Assembly: GCF_963921235.1 (NCBI RefSeq)
Contig: NC_086097.1
Location: 49,168,001-49,232,000 of the forward strand
Reading direction: 5' to 3'
DNA length: 64,000 nt
Source of the DNA: Mobula hypostoma
Taxonomy: Eukaryota
The notes under the pieces are model-generated. The model had not been told where the DNA came from. It searched no databases and saw only the letters and a program-made list of their open reading frames with translations. Within the stretch, counting starts at the first letter, position 1, and the number at the start of each line of letters is the position of its first letter. Positions 12,401-24,400 of this stretch are shown here, one piece after another. Made by a program: the position numbers and the translations under genes.

Positions 12401-15400
12401 ATATATGCCTCTTTGCTGTCCACATGTTCCAAGGTTGAATGAAGAGTCAATGAGAGGGCATCTGCTCTGGACCTGTTGTGCTAGTAGGCAAATTGAAGTG
12501 GATTCTAGTTGCTTCTCAGTCAGGAGTTGATGTTTCATCACCAACCTCTCAAAACACTTCATCACTGTAGGAGTAAGTGCTACTGGACAATTGTCGTTGA
12601 GGCAGGTTACCATGTTCTTGTTAGGCACTGGTATAAGTGAAGCTTACTTGAAGCAGTTGGGTACCTCATACTACTGAAGCAAGAGGGTAAAGATCTCAGT
12701 GAACACTCCAACCATTTGATCAGCATAGGTCTTTAGTACTTGGCCAGGTACTCTGTTTGGACTGGATGCTTTTCGTGGATTCACACCCCTAAAGGATGCT
12801 CGACTGTCAGCGTCAGAGACTGTAATCACAGGATCATTGGGACTGTAGGAGTTCGTAATGGTTCCTCCATGTTTTGATGGTCTAAGCGAGCATAGAAGGC
12901 ATTGAGCTTGTCTGGAAGTGAAGCCCTGTTATCAGCTATGTCACCTGATTTTACTCTATAATAGGTGATAGCATTCAAACCCTGCCACAACTGTCGAGCA
13001 TCCTTTGTTGATTCAAGTTTAGTCCGAAATTGCCACTTTGCCCATGAGACGGCTTTCCAGAGATTGTACCTCAATCTTTTGTAACTTCTTGGTCACCAGA
13101 TTTGAACTCCTTTCATCTGGCCCTCATCAGGTTGTGGATCTCATGATTTATCCAGGGTTTCTGGTTGGGGAAGATTGAATGATTTTGTGGGGACACACCC
13201 ATCTACAACTGTTTTTATAAAGTTCGATAAGCAAACTGTAGCAGGTCAAGGCAGGCCAACATCAAATGCTCAATGGTTTTCATTTCTACCAAAGTCAGAG
13301 CGACTGGCCTATAATAATTTAGTCCAGTGATCATGTCTTTCTTGGGAACTGGAACAATTATAGCAACTTTAAAGCAATCCAGAACCCTACATAATTGCAG
13401 GGGAGGTGTTAAGTATCTTAGTAAAGGCAAATGCTAGCTGCACAGTGTCTTAGAGTACTAGGTTGGACACCATCAGGGCCTGCAGCTATCCTGCTGTTCT
13501 GTTTTCCAAATCGTTTGTGAATGTCTTCTTGCTCCACAGATTGTACAGGGTAGGATGGGGGGGGGGTGCTGAAGAAAGTGAGTAGGGCTGGGGTGAAGGG
13601 GTCATGGTGACATTGGAGTGCTTCTGAAAAGGATGGAGTAGGAGCTCAGAATATCAGTATCAAAAGAAGTGAGAATCCAAGACATCCGTAGTATCCAAGA
13701 CACCTTCAAGGAATGGTGCCTCAGAAAAGCAGATTCCATCATCAAGGATCACCGTTCTCTTCTCATTGCTACCATCAGGAAGGAGGTACAGAAGCCTGAA
13801 GGCACACAATCAGCCACTCGGGGACAGCCTCTTCCCCTCTGCCATCCGATTTCTGAATGGACTTTGAACCCATGAACACTACCTCATACTTCTTTTAAAT
13901 TTCTGTTGTTGTAGTACTTACCTTAATTTAACTATGTTATATTAATGTGCAGATATATAATTACTGTGATTCTGTTTTTTTCTCTTTATCATATATTGCA
14001 TTGGCCTGCTGCCTCAGGGTCAACAGATTTCACAACATATCCCAGTGATATTAAATCTGATTCTGATTCTGAGAAGAGCTAAATGCTGATCGTCCTTATC
14101 AAACCGGCAATAAAACTGATAGATCTCATTGGCCAAGGTAGAGCAGGGAGAGACTTGGGAGCACTTCTGTTTGAAGTTGTTAAGACCTCGCAGGGAACTA
14201 CAGACTGTCCGGCTGTTGGTGTTGAAGTCTCTCTCTGGCCAATCCTGGTAAGTGGCTTTCACCACTTTCCAGAGCTTTATAAAACTGCTGTTTTGCAGAG
14301 CTACATTCCTCTTGATTCCAGACCTGTAGGCATGATCCTTTGCAGATATGAGAGTCCTGAACTCCTTGGTGAACTGTGGGCTCACATAAAGAAATCAAGA
14401 TAAAGACATCAAGACTCAGTCACACTGATTTTGTTTACTGTGCACAGTATAAAGAATTGCCAGGGCAGGGATTAGACATAAATATTAAAACTGCAAGCTG
14501 GACTCAAGATGCAATATCGGTTTCATTTACTTTTTGAAGAAAGGTCAGGTAGGGTTAAGCTCACCTAATAACATTTCCAAGTGTTGTTAGACTGAGATTG
14601 ATTGCTCGTGCTTCATTGAATCTGTCAGAAGTGACTCCTGCACTTTGCTGCCTTTCACTGCCAGCCAAATCCACCAGGTCAATTTCCGAATGCTTCACAC
14701 TATGCTGGTCTGCGAACACCTGCTATGAATATGAAGTAGTTATTTATTTGCCTATCAAGCTGTAATCAGAGAACCTACTGAACTGAGTGAAATGCAGCGG
14801 TCAAGTTAAGAAATAAGGACATAAAATGTGCAGAAAAATTAAACGCTTGATATAAAACAAGAAAACATGGACATGGTGGTGATCAACCTTTTGCATTGGT
14901 CATCATGTCTTGGAGAGTACATATGGCTCATTTAGCTAAAAACATTTAGACAACTATTTTAATGGACCTGTTGAGATGACGGGCCTGTTTCCACACTCTA
15001 TGACTAAGCACTAAGCAATCCCTCAACAAGTATGGTGTGAAGAGATTAAGACCATAAAACAAGGAGCAGAATTAGGCATTCGGCCCATCGTTGTTGACTT
15101 ACTATACCTCTGAAACCCACTCACCTAGCTTCTCCTCGTAACCTTTGACACCCTGATAAATCAAGAGTCTATCAAACTCTACCCAATGACTTGGCCTCCG
15201 CAGCTGTTCATGGCAATGAATTTCACAGATTCACCTCCCTCTGACTAAAGAAATTTGTCCTCATCTTTGTTCAAAATGGATGTTCCACTATTCTGAGGTT
15301 CTGCCCTCAGGTCCTAGATTCCCCCACCATAGGAAACATCCTCTCCACATCCATTTTATCTAAGCCTATCAATATTGGATAGGTTTCAATGAGATTTCCC

Positions 15401-18400
15401 ACCCCCCCCCACTCCCATTCTTCTAACTCCAGTGAGTACAGGCCCAGAGCCATCAAACACTCCTCATATCTTAAACCTTATAGCCCTGGGATCATTCTCG
15501 AGGAGCTCCTCTGGACTCTCTGCAAAGCCAGCATATCTTTTCTTAGATAAGGGGCCCAAACCTGCTCACAATACTCCACAATACTCCAAGTGCAGTGTGG
15601 CCAATGCATTATAAACCCTTCGCATCACACTTGCTGTTGTATTCTAGACTTCTTGAAATGAATGCTAACATTGCATTTGCCTTTCTTACCACTGATGCAG
15701 TCTGCAAAATAACCTTCAGAAAAGCCTGCACGTGGACTCCCAAGTCCCTTTGCACCTCTGATTTTAGAATTTTCTCACCAAAATAGTCCACACCTTTATT
15801 CCTTCTACCAAAGTGCATGATCATGCTCTTCCCTACACTATATTTTATCTGCCACTTCTTTGCCTGTTCTCCCAATCTAAATCCTTCTCCAGACATCCTG
15901 ATTCCTCAACACTACCTGTACTTCCACCTATCTTCGTATCATCCCCAAACTTAACCACAAAGCCATCAATTCCTTCATTAGCATACTGTATAACGTGAAA
16001 AACATGGTCCCAACGTTGACCCCTGCAGAACATTACCAGTCACAAGCAGCCAACCAGAAAAGTCCCCCTTTATTCCCACTTTTTGTCTATATCCATGCTA
16101 GTATCTTTTCTGTAATACCTTGGTCTCTTACCTTGTTCAGCAGCCTTATGTGTGGCAACTTGTCAAAGGCATTTTGAAAATCCAAGTAAAGAACATCTAC
16201 TGATTCTCCATTGTCTATTCTGCTTGTTATTTCCTCAAAGACTTCCAATAGATTTGTCAGACACGATTTCCCCTTAAGAACACCATGCTGACCATAGAAA
16301 CCATAGAAACTACAGCACAGAAACAGGCCTTTTGGCCCTTCTTGGCTGTGCCGAACTATTTTCCGCCTAGTCCCACTGACCTGCACATGGACCATATCCC
16401 TCCATACACCTCCCATCCATGTATCTGTCCAACTTATACTTAAATGTTAAAAAAGAACTCGCATTTACCACCTCATCTGGCAGCTCATTCCATACTCCCA
16501 CTACTCTCTGTGTGAAGAAGCCCCCCACTAATGTTTCCTTTAAACTTTTCCCCCCTCACCCTTAACCCATGTCCTCTGGTTTTGGCCTATTTTGTCATGT
16601 GCCTCCAGGACTCTGAAACCTCATCAACTTCTGCCTTAAGCATACCCATGGACTTGGCCTCTACAGCAGACTGTGGCAGAACATTCCACAAATTCACTGC
16701 TCCCTGACTAAAAAAAATTCCTCCTTACCTCTGTTCTACAAAGTCACCCCTCAATTCTGTGGCTGTGTCCTCTAGTTCTGGATACCCCCACCACAGGAAA
16801 CATCCTCTTCACATCCACCCTGACTAGTCCTTTCAACATTCGGTAGGTCTCAATGAAATCCCCCCTCATTCTGTCCCTTTTGTACAGGTCATGCCTTCCC
16901 CTGAAAACATCCCAATGGTCCAGAAATCTGAAACCCTGCCCCCTGCACCAATTCTTCAGCTACGCATTCATCTGCCAAAACATCCAATTCTTACCCGCAC
17001 CCACACAGGCAGCAATCCAGAGATGACTACCCTGGAGGAACTGCTTTTCAGCTTTCTAACGAACTCCCAATATTCTCTCTTTGGGACCTTTTACCTTTTC
17101 CTACCTGTGTTGTTGGTGCCTACACATATCATGACTTCCGTCTGTTAACCCTCCCCATTTAGAATGCTGGGGACCCAATCTGAGACATCCCTGACCCTGG
17201 CACCTGGGAGGCAACATACCATCTGGGTGTCCCTTTCATGTTCACAAAATCTGCTTGCTACCTGCTTCCTAATTAAGGGATCTTCTTTCCCCTCTCCCTC
17301 TTTCCCCCCTTCTCTTCTGAGTCACAGAGACAGATTCAGTGCTGAGATTAGGTCACAGCTGCCTCCCCCCGGTTGGTCGTTCCCCCTTCCAATGGTATCC
17401 AGAGTGCTTTACTTATTGCTGAGGGGAGAGGCCACAGATATAATCTGCACTGGCTGTCTTTCCCTTTCTTGACAGTCACCCAGTTCGACCACCAGTTCAA
17501 TTTCATTCATGTAGATTATTTTGAAAAATTTTATAAGACCAAATGAATTAGAATAAGCAACAAGCAGTGTGTTCACCTGCAGCATCAATGCTGTGTTAAT
17601 GATACTGTGCCTCTGTTATTCATTGATCCTGAAAAATATATTACTTTTCAATAATAACCCAGCATTGAATGACACGGTTCTAATTGAATGCACACGTGGA
17701 ATAAATTATGAACAGGAAAAATCCTTGCAGTTGACACTCAATACCACTAGGTATAAATAATGGAGTCAATAGTGGATAATTCATCTGCTTTGTGGGACTG
17801 GACAATAATGTCTTGGCTCTAAACAGGGAAGGCCACTAACCTGATGGACAACCAAGATGAGGTTTAAATCAGTACTATTAACTATTGATGTGCTGTGGCA
17901 ATGCCTCTGTTCATGCCCTATATTTGAGGAAGAATTTTCAATTGGAATATGTTGGGACAGTGTTGAGGCAAATTTATTTAGGGTGCCTCCCATGGGACAA
18001 GAGATGCGATCACCTTACACGGTTAAGATTTCTTGCTTGTCTATTGGGTAAATTATCTGAGCTCCAAAACCACCATAAATACGTTCAAAGTGAATTTGGA
18101 TTATTATGGTGTCTGAACACACCACCTACAATGCCTACCCACACCAAACCCAAGCCAGCTAAGCTGACCATGTCTGAGAGGTATTTCACAAGGCAGTGAA
18201 TGCACTTCACAGGCTCCAGATGTCAGATCCTGAGAGCAACCTGCAAGAATACCCTGAATACCTTATTGTGACTCATTGCTGTTCAATGACAAAGGTTACA
18301 ACCAGGAACTGTTTCAAAATATCTCTGATTTTCATACGTTCAGAAGGTGGAAATAATTTCAAGAAGTCTAGTGAGATGTGTGAATTAAATTAAAAATACT

Positions 18401-21400
18401 TTAAAATAATACCAAATTATTTTTTAAAGCTAAAATCAAAAATTAAAATCAATAAATTTGAAGTATCCCTTTTCCCTCATTTATCCTGATCTTCAGCCAC
18501 CATTCCATTCGACAGAATAGGATAATGGTTTCTGTGCCAGCTTACACTGCCATATAAACTGAAGGACCTGAACTCAGCCCTTTAGTGCTCAGTCCAACAG
18601 GAGGTAGCCAGCAGTTTCCTACAACAAGGCCAGAAAAAATGAAACCATGATCCAATTCAATATTAACCTTTAACTAGACTGGTAACAGCCATGGGAAAAT
18701 ACATTCACTATTAATAGGTTATACACTCAGTAGCCACTTTATTAGGTACAGGAGTGGAACCCAGTGTGATCTTCAATTGCTGTAGCCTATCCACTTCAAG
18801 TTCACACACAAAATGCTGGAGGAACTCAGCAGGCCAGACAACATCTATGGAAAAGAGTACAGTCGACGTTTCAGGACAAGACCCTTCAGCAGGACTGAGT
18901 TGGTAATTTATGACGTTCATGAAACTAGTGATGCCACAAAGCACTCCTGTTTAATCTGTTGACTCAAACCCCTCTGAAGCTGCTCCCACTGACTGTTTCT
19001 GGGATTGATCTTCAATGTTTCCTAGACTGTTCAATTTTCACTCTCAGCTTGTTACTCAGCTTGGGGAGCATCTGTCTTCTCTGAGGCAGCAGTGACAATG
19101 GAAAGGTCTGGCACTTTTACCTGCAGGTCACATTTTCTCTGTGATCCAACCATGGCAACCATGAGAGATTAAAGTTAATATAAAGTTATACTTTTGGGCA
19201 GATGGGGCTCATCAACTGTGGTTGGCAGCTCATCTAGGAGAAGGAAGACTCTGATCTCAAACCTCCAACAACAGGAATTCTGCAGATGCTGGAAATTCAA
19301 ACAACACACATAAAAGTTGCTGGTGAACGCAGCAGGCCAGGCAGCATCTCTAGGAAGAGGTGCAGTCGACATTTCAGGCTGAGACCCTTCGTCAGGACTA
19401 ACTGAAGGAAGAGTGAGTAAGGGATTTGAAAGTTGGAGGGGGAGGGGGAGATCCAAAATGATAGGAGAAGACAGGAGGGGGAGGGATGGAGCCAAGAGCT
19501 GGACAGGTGATAGGCAAAAGGGGATACGAGAGGATCATGGGACAGGAGGTCCGGGAAGAAAGACAAGGGGGGGGGTTGACCCAGAGGATGGGCAAGAGGT
19601 ATATTCAGAGGGACAGAGGGATAAAAAGGAGAGTGAGAGAAAGAATGTGTGTATAAAAATAAGTACCAGATGGGGTACGAGGGGGAGATGGGGCATTCAC
19701 ATAAAAGTTGCTGGTGAACGCAGCAGGCCAGACTCCACACTCAGGTTGGAGGAACAACACCTTATATCCTGTCTGGGTAGCCTCCAACCTGATGGCATGA
19801 ACATCGACTTCTCTAACTTCTGCTAATGCCCCACCTCCCCCTCGTACCCCATCTGGTACTTATTTTTATACACACCTTCTTTCTCTCACTCTCCTTTTTC
19901 TCCCTCTGAATATACCCCTTGCCCATCTTCTGGGTTTTTTCCCCCCTCCCCCTTTTCTTTCTCCCTAGGCCTCCTGTCCCATGATCCTCTCATATCCCTT
20001 TTGCCAATCACCTGTCCAGCTCTTGGCTCTATCCCTCCCCCTCCTGTCTTCTCCTATCATTTTGGATCTCCCCCTCCCCCTCCCACTTTCAAATCTCTTA
20101 CTAGCTCTCCCTTCAGTTAGTCCTGACGAAGGGTCTCGGCCTGAAACGTCGACTGCACCTCTTCCTAGAGATGCTGCCTGGCCTGCTGCGTTCACCAGGA
20201 TCTCAAACCTCCACTGCCTTGCAGCTATATCCCCCCATGGGGACAAATTTGGGAGTAAACCCTGAGGGAAAGCTCTGGAACTGGAGCCCGTAAGGTAGTT
20301 GTATGTTGAATTCAACGATGACTGGCAACTCCTGTGACGCTGCTGGTGCCAAACTGTATCGGTCTCTGCTGTTTCTTTGGGTTTATCAGATGTATGGAGA
20401 AGGGGAGCTTGCTACATGGACAACAGCTTGCACTTCATATTATATTGCCCAGGCTTGCGTATCTAGACAGCTAGGACACAACATCCATGGTCGGCCTTGA
20501 CCAACGGCCTCAGACTCAGATAAGGTTATAGCAAGGTACTTATAAAGTTGTCCAAAACAACAGTAGTCTTGGGAATTTGGAATATTATAGAACTCAGCAA
20601 AGGGGGACAAGAAAATTGATAAAATGTTAAAAAGGAGTAACTTGGCAAGAAACATAATGGATCATGACAGCTTTTATATACACGTCAAAAGGAAAAGATT
20701 AACAAGAAAAATGTGATCCCATATAGAGAGGGAAGAATTTATAATAAAGAACAGAGAAGTGGCAGAGAAATTAATCAATTACTTCATATTTGTCTTCACA
20801 GAAGATGTAAAATCCTGCCATAAATATCAGAAAGCTGCTCTAAATGAGAAGAACAAAGGAAGGTACTTAAAAAAAACTAAAGAGTGGGTAATGCTAAATT
20901 ACGGTGAATCCCAAGAAATTGACTGTGTTAATTCCAGAACTTTGAAAGAGATTGTGAATGTCTTGGATATAAAATTCTGTAATATGTTCTGACAGGAATG
21001 CTGCATATCTCTGGTTAGGTCCACAGATTAGAGGGGTTTGGAAGGATATAGTCTAGGTGCAGGTGGATGGGACCAGGCAGAAGATCAGGTTGCCCTGGAC
21101 TGAATGGACTGGAGAGCCTGTTTCTGTGTTGTGGAACTCTGTGATTATATAACTACTGGAATAGGCTCAGAGGTCCAAATGGTTCCTATGTCATATGTTC
21201 TAACATACTCTAAGTTGTATCCAAAATGAAATATGAGGAGTTTAGTGAGATTTGTGGAAGCATTCGCCATGGGAACAGTTGACTGTGAGGGGAGCCCTGA
21301 GGTGATTGTGGTGGAGTGAGGTGAGAAATCTTAAGAAAATAAAAAAACAAAGATTGTGTGGGATTAATCTTATAGAATTTGCTCTCAGCCCTCAAGCAGC

Positions 21401-24400
21401 TTTAACACCATGTGACTAATGTGGACTTAGTGAGAGATGTAAAATTATAAGGAAAAGCAATACGCAATTATTAATATTTGGAATTTGACCAGCAAAGGAT
21501 TACAAATATTTGGAAGACATTCACAGCTTTATTTTTTTCCACTATTATTAATGGTTACCAAGAGTTGTGCAATAAAAACTGTTTCCCCATATTTCATTGT
21601 GCAGTCCTTACCATCCCTGATTAAATAATGTGTTATATGCGTTGCTGAATTAATAGATATTGATTATGTTTAAATTAAAGGCGCACATACACATCACCAG
21701 GGAGATGCTGTTTAATAGAAAATCCAATAAATAATGATGGAATATCTAATAAAGATTTTTATCTTTTGTGAAATGAGTATAAAATACTCAGGATTAGAAA
21801 TTTATTCTAAGAATATGTCAGCTTAGATGGAAGTACTAAATGGACCTATAGTAGCTTCATGTTACAGTCTGCTTCAATAATTTTGGAACCAAGAACATAT
21901 AACAACTACCTTCGGGCATGGTTAGTGCTACCAACCAAAAGATAAATTTCTACGTTCAACTTTGATACATTCTATGGTTTAATAGTCTACAAATAAAAAT
22001 AAATAATGACTTGGGTGAAGAACTAGAGGGTCAATAGTATTCTCGAAGGGATTATGCCTTCAGGAAATGGGGTGGAAATGTAGCAGATTGTCCTTCACAG
22101 AGACTGGAGCTAGGCATGTAATAATATAACTGTACAAGTTCAATCATCCTTTTGATGAAAATATTGCTTTTGTCTGACTGACACTACTGCAGATTGAACT
22201 GCTCATGTTATCAAAATATTATCAGCATTTGATGAAGTGCATTATCCATTAGTTAAATAATTTTAAAGAATAACAACATATAAAAATACAGAATGCATTA
22301 AAATCTGGCAGTTTTGTGCCACATTTGTCATGTGTTATGGACACTGAGAAATCTCTTCTCACAATTCGTTCTGAAATTCATTTTAGAAATTTTAACCTTT
22401 GAGTACATAGAAATAATGGAGGTAACTTGAAAGCAAAACAAAGCTCATAACTGTGATGGAATTTTACCGATGGTTTCCTGTCAATAATGTTAATGTAAAT
22501 CAGTAACTACACAAAAAAATAAAAACATTATGTATAGTAAACACGAGGAATTCTGCAGATGCTGGAAATTCAAGCAACACACATCAAAGTTGCTGGTAAA
22601 TGCAGCAGGCCAGGCAGCATCTCTAGGAAGAGGTACAGTCGACGTTTCGGGCCAAGACCCTTCGTCAGGACCCAAAACGTCGACTGTACCTCTTCCTAGA
22701 GATTACGTATAGTAATTTTCTTTGGCCAAGAGACCAAATCACATATCCATTGTGAATTTTAGCTTCAGATTATGAACCTCCTTTTTTTAGCATTCTTTTC
22801 ATCAGGTTTCAAATTCCAAGTTCTAAAGTTTGTGCCCAAACTAGCAACTGTACAATAAGAGCTAGACACTTTAAGTACTGCTTTTCACAGACCAAAAATA
22901 ATCTAAGAATATCAGCAAATAAACCAAAAATCTTAATAAATGTAATTCCATTTCAAAATACTTACACTTTGTCTGCTAAATTTCATTAAAATGCAGGGAA
23001 CAATTTTCAAATTAAGTGGAATTCACTCTGGTTTCAATATTTTTTTATATTTTCATAGTCATATCTTCCCTGAGTTAATGTTTCTTCTTTTCATTTCCAA
23101 TTTTCCTTGCATTCCTTCCTCATTTGTGCTCAGTTTAATACACAGTAATTAACTCTTTAACTGTAGCAGGAATAAATTCCACGAATTATTATCCTAAGTA
23201 TTACTTAACCACTTATGTTTCTACCCTTCAAACCTTACTCAGTTAAGCAGGATCAAATAACTGCTTTGCTAAGCCATGTCTACAATGCTTAATTACGATG
23301 GTATCACAATTATATATGAAAAGGTAATGCTACTAAAGTGTATTTTGCTCACTGCTTCATATTGTTGCTTTTTTATTGGGAGCATTTCGAAAGCCTAGAT
23401 GCTGAAAAGATTACACACTGTTAATGAGCTTCCTTAATGGTCTTGTACTCAATACCTGCTGAAAGTAGATTCTGATAACCATGTGGGATCTGCTGCTACT
23501 AGTGTTCCAATTAGTTGAAGCAACACTTCTGTTCCGAATTCCTTGTTTCAGGAAAGCCTCGAGTTGACTAAAACTGCTACAAAGTATTGACTTAAGGCTC
23601 TGAACGTAAAATCCATTTTTGCTTTCCCGGATCCGCAGACCATTAGGATTTCGAGCCTTTGACAGGAGGTCCTTAACCTTTAAAACCAAAATAAGTAACC
23701 ACAACAGATAATGCAAATCTCTGACTGGTAGCTGGCAACTAACGTCTGATCATTTTTATTAATTTACTGCAAATCCATAAGCAAATATATTTATGAATAA
23801 TAGCAATGTTATTCTAAAATACTACAAAACATTTATTTTGCACACTGCTTCATATCATCACTCTAATATTACTGTTTATCAAATATCACATTATGTTCAT
23901 TGATTCCAACAGACTCAATGTTGGAAGGCTTCAGCGTAGTCCGTGAGCTCCACTTGTGGTCTTACACCAAGTAGCTAGAAAATATGGATTCTTATAACCA
24001 TGTAAGTAAAATGAATAAACTCTTCTTGGTTTTCCAGCCGGGTACAGGTGTCGTTTATAACCGATGCATCATCCCTGATGAAGATGTCAGAGTTTGTCAT
24101 CGAAATATTGGTTATAATCAATACCTGTACCTGGCAGGAAATTCCAAGAAGAGTTTATTCGTCATATACGCCAGGAAAGCACTAAATCCTTTTTCAAGCA
24201 AGTAAAAATTTTTAAAAAACTGCAGACACTGGAAATCTGAAATAAAAACAAAAAATAATGATCCACAGACCATTAGGATTTTGAATCTTTGACAGGATTC
24301 TCAGATTTGTTTCTCCTCCCACAGATGCAGTCAATTCAGTGTTTCCAGCACTTTCTGTTTTTATTTATGATCACTGTTACATACCCCGTAACTGGGTTGC

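Larger units (their letters stand above)
19190..20510 (+). mobile_element. Interspersed repeat (possibly RTE-derived), host of the Penelope insertion; related copy at about 41590-41846
   Basis: Shared end tagacagctaggacacaacatccatggtc..cc.tgaccaacgg at about 20464-20508 and 41794-41838. Confidence 0.55.

Noticed and set aside
14720..14725. TAGCAG tandem acceptor at kinesin exon 6
   Set aside because: Common motif; it would add at most one Gln, and there is no evidence of use.
19175..20315. Several ORFs with [30 protein letters not shown] peptides (also at 22490 and 42690)
   Set aside because: These are translations of the non-coding Penelope pLTR/hammerhead; only the LEEQHL...MNIDF segment is a real coding remnant.
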